Source: an uncultured Clostridia bacterium (GTDB taxonomy: Bacteria; Bacillota; Clostridia; RUG12999). Taken from it: DNA of 64,000 nt. The notes below the pieces were generated by a model. The model was not told where the DNA came from. It saw only the letters and a program-made list of their open reading frames with translations, and did no database searches. The stretch is taken from positions 226-64,225 of the forward strand of contig CAMNSU010000008.1 of the NCBI GenBank assembly GCA_946555455.1, given 5' to 3'. This document shows positions 10,009 to 19,382 of this stretch, one piece after another. Position 1 is the stretch's first letter. Every line of letters begins with the position of its first letter. A program made the position numbers and the translations under genes.

Positions 10009-12747
10009 TTATAACTTTGGCTCTTTCTTTGAAACATGAACCTGATTGATGCTGACCGTATCGTTGTCAGCGGTTGTCACCTTGAATTGGTTAAACACGC
10101 CGCTATAGCCGATATACTTTTCATCTCCGCTGCCGAAGTTTCCGATATAGTTCCACTCTCCGTCATCCAGTCTGCCATAGACACTGCAAACGCTGAGCGT
10201 TTCTCCGGGCGAGACGCTGACGGACACAAAACCGTTTTCAATCGGTTCTGCAATCTCCGCCGTAACCGCTGCGGTTTGTGTAATCGTATAATTCGACGGT
10301 TCGCTGTTTGTCAGAAAACTAATGTCTCTGCCGTCTGTTGCCGTGATTTTTGTAATTTTGTTCTCGTAGAGTTGTCTCCACATGTTTTCAAGTTCCGTTT
10401 CGCGTTCGCGCCCCTCCATAATATAGTTGACTTTCGTTTTTTTCGGGGGCGCTTGCTGAGAAGAGGTAAGCGCGATACCGTCCGCGCCCACAACCGCATT
10501 CACTGTGTTTTCTCCGTCTTTGCTTACGACAAGCGTTGTTTCTGCCTCCATACCGTTTGCCTCAACCGTGATTTTATAGTTTCCTCTGTGACCGCGCATG
10601 GCAATCTTGCCCTCGCTGTCTGTGTTTCCTCCCGTATTCGTCCACCATTCTTTTTGCGTTAAGTCTATCCATGTTTTCTGTCTTTTTTTGGGCAGAAACA
10701 TATCGTCATAAAGTGCGGCATTGCCCGCCCAGTGCCAATGGTCGGAAAATCCCCACAACACAAACGACGTCATTTTAGGCTGTGAATATGCCATAATCAC
10801 CAAATCCTTGTAAAAGTCATCTTCCGCCTTTTCCGCCTCAGCATTCCAAACACGCGGGTTGTAGTCATATTCTGTGATGGACATAGTTTCCAGATTCTCC
10901 GCCACATATTCCGCCTGATTATATAATAGCTGCGGATACGGCAGCATGATAAAATGGTCTTCCAGTCCCACGCCGTCGATTTTTGCGCCGTTTGCAATAT
11001 ATTCTTCAATTCGTTCTTTCAGCGCAATCGGTTTTCCCCAGTTGTCCACCTCGCCGTTAACGCCGTCGTTGACGAGAAATTTCATGTCCGAACCGATATC
11101 ATCGCAAATATCCTCCACAATGTTCATCACCTTGACCATCCAGTCAACGCCGTATTTCAAATACCATATTTCCCATCCAAGCGGTTCATTTTCAATATCC
11201 ATTTCATAGAAGATATCGCCGTATTCATAAAGCGTCCGGCTCGCGTGCTTGACATAATATTCTATCAATTCCTCCTCCGTTATTGTATCGGCTGTTTTTC
11301 CGCTATAGACAAAATAATTGTCCATAAAACCTTCCGCATCCCAAATCAGATTGTGATACCTTGCATCTATGTCGTTCTCCCGGAACAAATTTGCCGTCAG
11401 CGGAAGCTGGTTGTGCGGATTGTTATCGTCCCGCGCATAATAAGCCGAACTGCCGATTGCATTTATCGTTCCGGTATTAAAATTTTCCAAAAACAGGTCG
11501 TTATAAATGTTTCCAATCTGTCCAAGCTGCATCGCAAACGCCGGTTGATAAAGCGTTCCCCAATGGAACTCGCTTTTCGTCATATCTGCCTTAACCTTTG
11601 CATTCGGCACCGGATTTCCGTTTTCGTCCGTAACATTTACGCGAATGTCCCGTACTCTGTATTTTTCAATTCGTTTCAAGGCTTCCTCCCGCCAGAGCGC
11701 ACCCTCCTCGCGTCCGTAGTAGTTATGCATCTGCGGCGCATAGCGTCCTGTATTTCCTTCGCCCGAAACACCGTCTCCCGCCAGGGATATTTGTGAGGTA
11801 TCAAACCCTTTGCCGTAATTGATCAGCGTCAGGTCAGCAACTTCAAATGTCTGATGATGGTATAAAAAACGCAAACCGAACTGCGTTGTCCCCACGTCCT
11901 GCGCCGTTATCATTTTAAATACAAACCGATATTTTGTCCAATCGCTGCCGGGCTGAATGTCTGTACTCAAGGATTTCTCCCATGGGTCGCTGTTAGCCTC
12001 AAAACATAGGTTGCATTTGGCTCTCGCAGATTCATCTGCCGTGATGATGGTTCTTGCCCAAAACGTGAGCACAAGCACATCGTCCAAATCGCACATAATC
12101 TTTCCTTTTGTGCCTACCTGCTGTTCATAGGCGTAGTTTGGCTGTTTGACAAGGCTCTGCAACCGCAGTGCCTTGTCAAAGTTTGGATTGTCCGGAACGT
12201 CAACCCATTCCGCTTTCAGCTTTGTATATCCGTCAATCTGCAAATCCTCTATGGTCAGCACCTCTTCGTGCTGCGGATAGGAGGCGATATATGCGTCCAA
12301 ATCAAATTCCTCTTTGGGCGGCGGCGGTGTATATGTCAAACGGATATTCGCGCCGTTTGCCTCCGCATAAGTCATTTCATAAATTTTCTCCAAAAAGTCA
12401 AACTGTATCATCACATCGTTTTCCACGCTTTTGCAATAATGCTCCAGTTCAAATGGGACATAATCATAATTTGCCGTATAGGACTCCGGTTTCACAGAAA
12501 TTTCAATGCCGTTTACCTCGCCCTCATACAGTCCCGTTTCTGCGTTATAAGCAATCTCAAGACCAAGATGTCCCATGGTTTCCCGAAATGGCAGCAGCCA
12601 CATCCCTTCGTCTTGATAAGGAGCATTTTGAAGCGCCACCGTTTTTCCGTTCAGCGTCACCTTCGGCGCCGCTTCCGCTGCAAAAGCGGGCAGGGATACG
12701 GAAAGAACAAAAACAACGCTTAAAATCGCTGACAGAATTCTTTTCAC
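10009..12747 (-). CDS. Divergent GH10-family glycosidase with N-terminal copper-amine-oxidase-like domain and CBM4/22-like module
   Basis: Signal peptide and an N-terminal VTLNGK...LPFRETMGHLG domain. RYHNLIW, acid/base IENEP, nucleophile ITEYD and VLWGFSD motifs. Confidence 0.78.
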   Translation of the reverse strand: MKRILSAILSVVFVLSVSLPAFAAEAAPKVTLNGKTVALQNAPYQDEGMWLLPFRETMGHLGLEIAYNAETGLYEGEVNGIEISVKPESYTANYDYVPFELEHYCKSVENDVMIQFDFLEKIYEMTYAEANGANIRLTYTPPPPKEEFDLDAYIASYPQHEEVLTIEDLQIDGYTKLKAEWVDVPDNPNFDKALRLQSLVKQPNYAYEQQVGTKGKIMCDLDDVLVLTFWARTIITADESARAKCNLCFEANSDPWEKSLSTDIQPGSDWTKYRFVFKMITAQDVGTTQFGLRFLYHHQTFEVADLTLINYGKGFDTSQISLAGDGVSGEGNTGRYAPQMHNYYGREEGALWREEALKRIEKYRVRDIRVNVTDENGNPVPNAKVKADMTKSEFHWGTLYQPAFAMQLGQIGNIYNDLFLENFNTGTINAIGSSAYYARDDNNPHNQLPLTANLFRENDIDARYHNLIWDAEGFMDNYFVYSGKTADTITEEELIEYYVKHASRTLYEYGDIFYEMDIENEPLGWEIWYLKYGVDWMVKVMNIVEDICDDIGSDMKFLVNDGVNGEVDNWGKPIALKERIEEYIANGAKIDGVGLEDHFIMLPYPQLLYNQAEYVAENLETMSITEYDYNPRVWNAEAEKAEDDFYKDLVIMAYSQPKMTSFVLWGFSDHWHWAGNAALYDDMFLPKKRQKTWIDLTQKEWWTNTGGNTDSEGKIAMRGHRGNYKITVEANGMEAETTLVVSKDGENTVNAVVGADGIALTSSQQAPPKKTKVNYIMEGRERETELENMWRQLYENKITKITATDGRDISFLTNSEPSNYTITQTAAVTAEIAEPIENGFVSVSVSPGETLSVCSVYGRLDDGEWNYIGNFGSGDEKYIGYSGVFNQFKVTTADNDTVSINQVHVSKKEPKL

Positions 12748-12748
12748 A

Positions 12749-15700
12749 TCAGTTTCCTCCTTTTACGATACGCACAGAACCGTATGCGCGCGCCTTTTTC
12801 ATATCTTCCATCACAACTGTTTTGATGAAATAATTTGCGCCTGCCGGAAGTTCTACCTCCGTTTCAATCACATCGTTTGCACCGATGTCGCGGCGCGTGA
12901 CATAATAAGTTTTCTCAACGCTGTATTGGCTTTGCGTTCCCTTGCAGACTGCTGCAATCAGCGTTGCGGCGGCAGTTTCTCCATAGGGATTGTTAATTTC
13001 AGTCGATACCTTGCCGTTTGCAAAACGCGTTTCACCGATATTCACCGCCGTTCCCGTTGTAAATGTTATGGTTTCGGTTTTCTCATTTTCAGCGCTCATT
13101 CCTTTGTAACAAACACCGACCACTTCCACTGCATAGCTGGTGTATGGCTTTAATCCTGTCAAAACAAACCGAACTGCCGTACCCTCCACAGAGATTGATG
13201 CACATTGTGCGCTGCTCTTTGTTTTGGTTCCGTCCGCGCTGATTTCATAAACCGTCACCCGTTCGCCCAAAACGTCTTCCAGTCTGTCATCATAGGTCAA
13301 AATATGCTCCGCATTCAGCGGCACATCTTTTGCACCGTCTGCGGGCGTTGCCCTCACCAATCTTGGCGTAATGGTTTTATATTCTACAATCGGATCCCAC
13401 ATGACATAGGAATCCCATGGCGAATTGCCGCCCTGCTTCCAGATAAACGCATTTTCAAACATCAGCTTGTCACCCGCACCAAGTTCAAGCGCAATTGGTT
13501 CAAAATGATACGCGCCCTTAATATTAATCCAATCCTCCGTCGGAAATACCTGTATGGGTTTAGAGCCATCCGCTCTCTGGCACATGATGCGGATATGCGT
13601 TCCGTTGACATCATTTTTTGCCCATATCGTATCGTTCGGCGCTTGTATGCTGACAGTTCCGTTCTTGGGTGATATAAATGTCCGCACCGAATAATCACGG
13701 TGTACCTTGAAATCTCCGCTTGTTTCTTCGGTTGTCGGGTCGCCCGGGTCAACAGTGGCGCGCATCGTATATTTACCAACCGCCACCCATCTCCAATCTT
13801 CACCCGCAATCCATACGGACCCATCCGGATATTCTCCTGTTTCCACATTCCAGTCGCCCATCATCAGGTTACCTTCCATCTTTGACGGCAAATCTTCGTA
13901 TTTCTTTGACGCTGCCTTATAGCTCTGCCATTTCCATGCGTCATCGCCGTTTTTCTCCATACTCCAACTATCCGATGCCCGATACACCTTCTTATTCAAA
14001 TCAGGATTTGGCGTCGGCGTCGGAACCGGCGGCGGTGTAGGCTCTGTACCGTCCCAATCCACGATTGTGTTTGTCCACATCTGTTCATATCCATAGCTTG
14101 TGCTTTCTTTTAATATCACTTCAAAACGAATGATATCCCCCGCTTTGACGTCTTTCAGCCTTTGTTCTGGTTGTACCAGTTTGATGCTGTCAACCCAGTT
14201 TGATGTCCAGATTACCTTGTCATTCAGCTTGATGTTGTACTGAATTTCCGACCATGTTTTTTGAGTAATTTCTGTTTCTAAAATCCTCAGTTTACCGTCT
14301 TTGGGAACTATAAATTTTCGTACAGGGTGTCTATCTTGATTCTCCCCGCCCGTTACCTTCATTCTGTTACCATAAACGACAGGCTGCTTTTCATCCGTAC
14401 TGTTTTCCGCATATCCCCCGCTATATTCCGCTTTTGCGTCCGTGTATGTTTTGTCAGCCGAATGGTATATTTCCGCGCTCCATACATTTTCCCATACGCC
14501 GCTGCCGTCTTCCGGAATAAAATTATGCGATGACTTATAGGTTCCCTCTTCCAAAGGAGGCGCAGGCGTAGGCTTCGGCGTTGGGGTAGGCGTTGGGTCA
14601 GGTGTAAATTCATCTATGTATTTTAGTGTGTTTATCCACTCTACAGACGTACTCGTTCCGGCGTTTGCACTTGCCGCTTCAAAATAGATGATATCACCTT
14701 GACTTATCTGTAATTCAATAGCCTCCTGTTCGGTGGTTCCATTCCCTGCAATTTCGGTAGCTCCGCTTCCCCAAATATGTTTTAAATCGCCGCCGGTTGA
14801 CCGGTGTCTTATCTGCACCTTAGCCGCCGCTGCACTTTTGTTTGTAATCGTTGTTTTCTCTATTCTTAAAATGCCTTCTTGCGGCGCTGTAAATGCTCTC
14901 GCAGTAAAGTTTTGAGTTGTTGTATCTGTTTCCAGTGTGCTGCCGTCTACCTTTGCCAAACCGTTTTCCAGCCAGCTTAAATTATATTTATTATCTGCAA
15001 CATTCGTTAAATCACTATAAATCCACCAGTCCTGTACATAGCATTTTGCACTCCATATGCCGCCGTCCCATGTTCCGTCAGCCGCCGTCGTACTGAAATT
15101 TTTATTTGAAATATAGATTAGCGGCGCGACAGTTATTTTTATTTTCACTTCTTTGATAAAGTCCGTATAATTTGCACGCGAAACCTTTACTGTTACAGTG
15201 TGTTCGCATACCGCCGTATAACTTGGCGCATCCGCTGTAAATTCACCCGCATCAAGTTTATAAGTAACCGTATCGCCCGCACGCGTACCGGTTATTGTCA
15301 CGCCGTGCGCCGCACCGTCCTCACTTCCTTCATAGCCTGCAACGTCAATGTCTGTGATTGCCGCCGGCTTAATATTCACCGGTATCAGTAAATCTTTTAT
15401 TCTGAAACTATTAATATCCAGCGGTGTAAATACCGCATCAAATTTCTGATTGTCGCCCGCATTCACAGCAGCGTTCGGCGTTTTCCACGAAAATGACCCA
15501 GGCGTATTTCCCGAAGGTATTGAAATATCTGCAAGCGAAATATTCAATAACTTCATGCCATCTATATAGGTCACATCCGCAAGCGTTGGAACCGTCACAA
15601 TCGGCTCCTGTACACCCCGCGCATTGATAGCAATTGTTTTCGATAGGCTCACAAAAGAGGAAGCCGTCGCTTTATATCGAACGTTATAGCTGCCCGGCGC

Positions 15701-17482
15701 AAGGCTTACAACCTCTGTCAGACCGCTGCCGACAGACGTCCAGACTTCTTCCGACGACAGTTTATATTCCATTGTGTCCGTCACGCCAGTGATTTTTCCG
15801 TCATTGGCGCCAACGCCGGTTTCGTCAACCGCCGTCACCTCCGGCGCAGCGGGACGTACCGGAATCTCCAGACTTTGCGCATCACTGTCTGTTGTTGTCG
15901 TACCATTGCCCTTCTTCACAATCGAAACAGTTGTTCCAAGCCATGTACTTTCTATCGCTAACGCGCCGTCTGTCAGCGCAGCCGCTGTCCCGCCGATTTC
16001 ATAGCTGCCGCCCACCGCAAAACCGGTCAGTTTTTCATTTTCATAATCAATCGCAATTTCAGGCGTGGCTTCCTGTGTCGGCACAAATGCATTGATGGTT
16101 ACCTGATATGCCGCACTTTTGAATGCCGTTTCTGTTGCTTTTTTGCGTATATCATAGGTAGCCGCCGCAAGATTTTTCACTTCATTTTCTGTGCAGGCAA
16201 TCCAAGTTTCGTCTGCCAATAATTTATATTCCATACCGGTCATACCCGAAATGCTGCCTGTGCCGCCGATTGTCTCCGGATGTGTCACGGTAATATCATC
16301 TGCCGTTGGAGCCGCCGGACGCACCGGAACTGCCAAACTCTGCGCCGCGCTGTCAGTTGCCGTAATCGCACCTTTTTTTACGATAGAAAGCGTTTTGCCC
16401 ATATAATCCGCTATTGCAAGAGAACCGCCCGTAGGCGTTACCGCTGCGCCGTCTATTGTATAGCTGCCTTCTCCAAAGCCCGTCAGTTTTTCGTATGCAT
16501 AATCAATCGCAATCTCAGGCGTGGTTTCCGGCTCAATGTAGGTATAAGATATCGTATTAACCCAGTTTGCCTTTCCATCATTTCCCGTGTCCATACTTAC
16601 CGCTTCAAAACGTATAACATCGCCTTTTTCTACCATTACATCCGTAACATCTGCTTGTGTTACTGAATTCCAGCCATAAATCGGAGTATAACTTGCATTG
16701 GCATTGCCGTTCCAACCATCAGCCCAGAGGGATTTAAGTTCTTGATTTTCACTATTTGTTTTCGTGATTCGTACATAAATACCATTGCCCGATTGATTTA
16801 TAATATTTGAGTTTTTTATGGTAACCGTACCTTTATATGGCGCAATAAAAGCCCTTATTCCGGTTTTGGTATTGGAAGTGTTCGTGGTTATAATATTTTC
16901 TCCGCTTACTCTGATTGCCTCCCCTGACCAGTCCCACGCATTATCTGTGTATTCCGTACCGCTCTGGTGTACATCTGTCATTTTAACATAGCTCCACCAA
17001 TCTGGATGCCAATATTCCGCTCTCCAAACGCCGCCATCCCACGTGCCATCGCCCGCTGATGTACTGAAATTTGCATTTGAATTATATGTAATCAAAGCGG
17101 GAACCTCCGCCTTTTCCACAATGGAAAACGCCTTTCTTCCCAATTCCGTATATCCGTTATTTTCCAAAAGGATTACAAGATAATCCCCTACGTCTAACTC
17201 CGCAGTTTCTAAAACTATCGTGCCGTCTCCTTCTTTGCTATTATGGTATTTGTATATACCATTAACCATATTATCCCAATCCAAGGTTTGCACATCCGCC
17301 CTGTAAACCCCGAACCAATCTTGATTTTCAGTACCCGTAATGTTGGTAATAACTACCTTTTCTCCCTTTGTCAATTCTGTTTTTGATAATTCAAAAGACT
17401 TTTCCCCTTCCGCAATAACAAATGTCGGAAGCATTGTAAAAATCATTGATATGCTTATAAGCATTGAAACTAATTTTTTCAT
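12749..17482 (-). CDS. 1577-aa secreted multi-repeat protein with no recognisable catalytic domain
   Basis: Signal peptide, four aromatic-rich repeats, two TPEIAIDY...PVRPAAP repeats, an MBG-like and an SbsA/Big_5-like Ig domain (RATPADGAKDVPL), and PT linkers. Confidence 0.75.
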   Translation of the reverse strand: MKKLVSMLISISMIFTMLPTFVIAEGEKSFELSKTELTKGEKVVITNITGTENQDWFGVYRADVQTLDWDNMVNGIYKYHNSKEGDGTIVLETAELDVGDYLVILLENNGYTELGRKAFSIVEKAEVPALITYNSNANFSTSAGDGTWDGGVWRAEYWHPDWWSYVKMTDVHQSGTEYTDNAWDWSGEAIRVSGENIITTNTSNTKTGIRAFIAPYKGTVTIKNSNIINQSGNGIYVRITKTNSENQELKSLWADGWNGNANASYTPIYGWNSVTQADVTDVMVEKGDVIRFEAVSMDTGNDGKANWVNTISYTYIEPETTPEIAIDYAYEKLTGFGEGSYTIDGAAVTPTGGSLAIADYMGKTLSIVKKGAITATDSAAQSLAVPVRPAAPTADDITVTHPETIGGTGSISGMTGMEYKLLADETWIACTENEVKNLAAATYDIRKKATETAFKSAAYQVTINAFVPTQEATPEIAIDYENEKLTGFAVGGSYEIGGTAAALTDGALAIESTWLGTTVSIVKKGNGTTTTDSDAQSLEIPVRPAAPEVTAVDETGVGANDGKITGVTDTMEYKLSSEEVWTSVGSGLTEVVSLAPGSYNVRYKATASSFVSLSKTIAINARGVQEPIVTVPTLADVTYIDGMKLLNISLADISIPSGNTPGSFSWKTPNAAVNAGDNQKFDAVFTPLDINSFRIKDLLIPVNIKPAAITDIDVAGYEGSEDGAAHGVTITGTRAGDTVTYKLDAGEFTADAPSYTAVCEHTVTVKVSRANYTDFIKEVKIKITVAPLIYISNKNFSTTAADGTWDGGIWSAKCYVQDWWIYSDLTNVADNKYNLSWLENGLAKVDGSTLETDTTTQNFTARAFTAPQEGILRIEKTTITNKSAAAAKVQIRHRSTGGDLKHIWGSGATEIAGNGTTEQEAIELQISQGDIIYFEAASANAGTSTSVEWINTLKYIDEFTPDPTPTPTPKPTPAPPLEEGTYKSSHNFIPEDGSGVWENVWSAEIYHSADKTYTDAKAEYSGGYAENSTDEKQPVVYGNRMKVTGGENQDRHPVRKFIVPKDGKLRILETEITQKTWSEIQYNIKLNDKVIWTSNWVDSIKLVQPEQRLKDVKAGDIIRFEVILKESTSYGYEQMWTNTIVDWDGTEPTPPPVPTPTPNPDLNKKVYRASDSWSMEKNGDDAWKWQSYKAASKKYEDLPSKMEGNLMMGDWNVETGEYPDGSVWIAGEDWRWVAVGKYTMRATVDPGDPTTEETSGDFKVHRDYSVRTFISPKNGTVSIQAPNDTIWAKNDVNGTHIRIMCQRADGSKPIQVFPTEDWINIKGAYHFEPIALELGAGDKLMFENAFIWKQGGNSPWDSYVMWDPIVEYKTITPRLVRATPADGAKDVPLNAEHILTYDDRLEDVLGERVTVYEISADGTKTKSSAQCASISVEGTAVRFVLTGLKPYTSYAVEVVGVCYKGMSAENEKTETITFTTGTAVNIGETRFANGKVSTEINNPYGETAAATLIAAVCKGTQSQYSVEKTYYVTRRDIGANDVIETEVELPAGANYFIKTVVMEDMKKARAYGSVRIVKGGN

Positions 17483-17497
17483 TTTTTCTCTCCTCTT

Positions 17498-18385
17498 TTA
17501 CCCCTTAACTGCGCCTATCGTCAGACCCTGTATGAAATATTTCTGGAAGAACGGATACACAATCAGTATCGGACCCATAGCGACAACACAAAGCGCCATT
17601 CTGACCGCATCCTCCGGAATGTTGCCCGCAAAGCGTGACGCCACCTCCGCACTCATGGCAGAATCGGACAGCATCTGAATATTTTTCATCATGACCTGCA
17701 ACAGAAATTGCAGATTATACAGATTTTTGTCTGTGATCAAAAGCATGGGATTAAACCAGTCGTTCCAATATGCAAGCGTCTGAAACAGCGCGATTGTCGC
17801 AATTGCAGGTTTCGCCAGCGGAAGCACCAGCGAAATTAGTATTTTCATTTCGCCCGCTCCGTCTATTTTTGCCGATTCTATCACGGACATCGGAATTGTC
17901 GTCTGGAAAAAGGTTCTCATGATGATGGTATACCACGGACTCATTGCCAGCGGTAAAATTAACGCCAATATCGTATTCCCCATGTGGTAATATTTCGTTA
18001 CCATGATATACCATGCCAAAAGTCCGCCGCTGAACAGCATTGTGAAAAAGATATAAAATGTAAAAAATCCTTTGCCTTTCAGACCCGGACGGGACAGAGG
18101 ATATGCATAAAGCGCCATGACCATTACGCTGATAAGCGTTCCGCATACGGTTGAACCAATCGTCACCAGATACGCATGTCCCACACCCATGTCGCTTGTG
18201 AATATATACCGGTATGCGTCCAAACTTGTTTGGGCAGGAATAATCTGATATCCGAAATTATTAATTGTACTTTGGTCTGTAAACGAAATGATGATAACCA
18301 GGAGTATCGGAAATACGAATACCACAACCAGCGCAAGAAACAATAGATGTATCAGCGCATTGACAAATTTATTACTGATTTCCAT
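17498..18385 (-). CDS. Carbohydrate ABC transporter permease (MalG/LplC type)
   Basis: TM helices, EAA motif ESAKIDGAG, C-terminal YPFFQKYFIQGLTIGAVKG. Confidence 0.95.
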   Translation of the reverse strand: MEISNKFVNALIHLLFLALVVVFVFPILLVIIISFTDQSTINNFGYQIIPAQTSLDAYRYIFTSDMGVGHAYLVTIGSTVCGTLISVMVMALYAYPLSRPGLKGKGFFTFYIFFTMLFSGGLLAWYIMVTKYYHMGNTILALILPLAMSPWYTIIMRTFFQTTIPMSVIESAKIDGAGEMKILISLVLPLAKPAIATIALFQTLAYWNDWFNPMLLITDKNLYNLQFLLQVMMKNIQMLSDSAMSAEVASRFAGNIPEDAVRMALCVVAMGPILIVYPFFQKYFIQGLTIGAVKG

Positions 18386-18399
18386 AATTCCGCCCCTCC

Positions 18400-19326
18400 T
18401 TAAAACATTGCGCTTTCACGGTCAATTTTGCGAACGACCGCATTTGCGCTCACTACCATGATAAATCCGAGTACCGATTGCAACATAGACGCCGCGGCAG
18501 ACAGTCCGCTTCCCGCCGCGCCTGCGCCTCGCATCATATTATAGACATACGTGTTCATCACCATTGTTGTAGGATACAGTGCGCCGGAATCCATAGGTAC
18601 ATTATAAAACAAGCCGAAATCTGAGCTGAAAATACGTCCGATATCCATAATTGTCATAATAATCACGATATTTTTGAGTGACGGAAGTGTAATATGTATA
18701 ATTTTTTTCCAAGTCGATGCGCCGTCTATTGTCGCCGCTTCATAAAGTCCCGGATCAATTCCCGCCATGGCAGCAAGATATACAATGCTGCTGTAACCTA
18801 TGGTTTTCCATGCATTTACAATAAACAATATCACCGGCCACGCATTCGTTTTGGTGTACCAATTTACTTTTTCTCCGCCGAATAAGTTCACAAACGCCGT
18901 ATTATTTAAAAATCCCGATTCCATGTTTAAAAATGCATACACAATATAGGCGATGATAACCATTGACAAAAAATACGGCATAATATAAATTGTCTGATAT
19001 ACCTTTGACGCAAGTTTATTTTTAATCAGCGACAGCAGCACCGCAAGCGTTACTGCAAACACCACGCCGGTAGAAATAAACACCAGATTATACAAAACCG
19101 TGTTGCGCAGCGCCAGCCACGCATTGGAATTGTTCATGAGCATTCTGAAATTCTCAAGTCCGACCCATGGACTTCCGAATATTCCATCACGCATATTAAT
19201 TTGTTTGAATGCAATGATTGTGCCGAACATAGGCATGTAGCTAAACAGAAATACAAGTGCAAATCCCGGAATAAACATCATGTACAGAGGTATATCGTTC
19301 CGCAGCCGTGTTAATCTCTTATTCAT
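18400..19326 (-). CDS. Carbohydrate ABC transporter permease (MalF/LplB type)
   Basis: YMPMFG, WVGLENF and EAA motif LYEAATIDGA. The RBS favours ATG 19326 (ORF track 19341). Confidence 0.95.
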   Translation of the reverse strand: MNKRLTRLRNDIPLYMMFIPGFALVFLFSYMPMFGTIIAFKQINMRDGIFGSPWVGLENFRMLMNNSNAWLALRNTVLYNLVFISTGVVFAVTLAVLLSLIKNKLASKVYQTIYIMPYFLSMVIIAYIVYAFLNMESGFLNNTAFVNLFGGEKVNWYTKTNAWPVILFIVNAWKTIGYSSIVYLAAMAGIDPGLYEAATIDGASTWKKIIHITLPSLKNIVIIMTIMDIGRIFSSDFGLFYNVPMDSGALYPTTMVMNTYVYNMMRGAGAAGSGLSAAASMLQSVLGFIMVVSANAVVRKIDRESAMF

Positions 19327-19352
19327 ATTATTTCTCTCCATACTTAAAGTTG

Positions 19353-19375
19353 GGGGGCGCTGTCCGCAGCCCCCC
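19353..19375 (-). promoter_or_regulatory. GC-rich stem-loop after the SBP gene (mRNA stabiliser or partial terminator)
   Basis: GGGGG-C-GCTG-TCCG-CAGC-CCCCC hairpin between the SBP stop and the permease RBS. Confidence 0.55.
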
Positions 19376-19382
19376 TGTTTTT

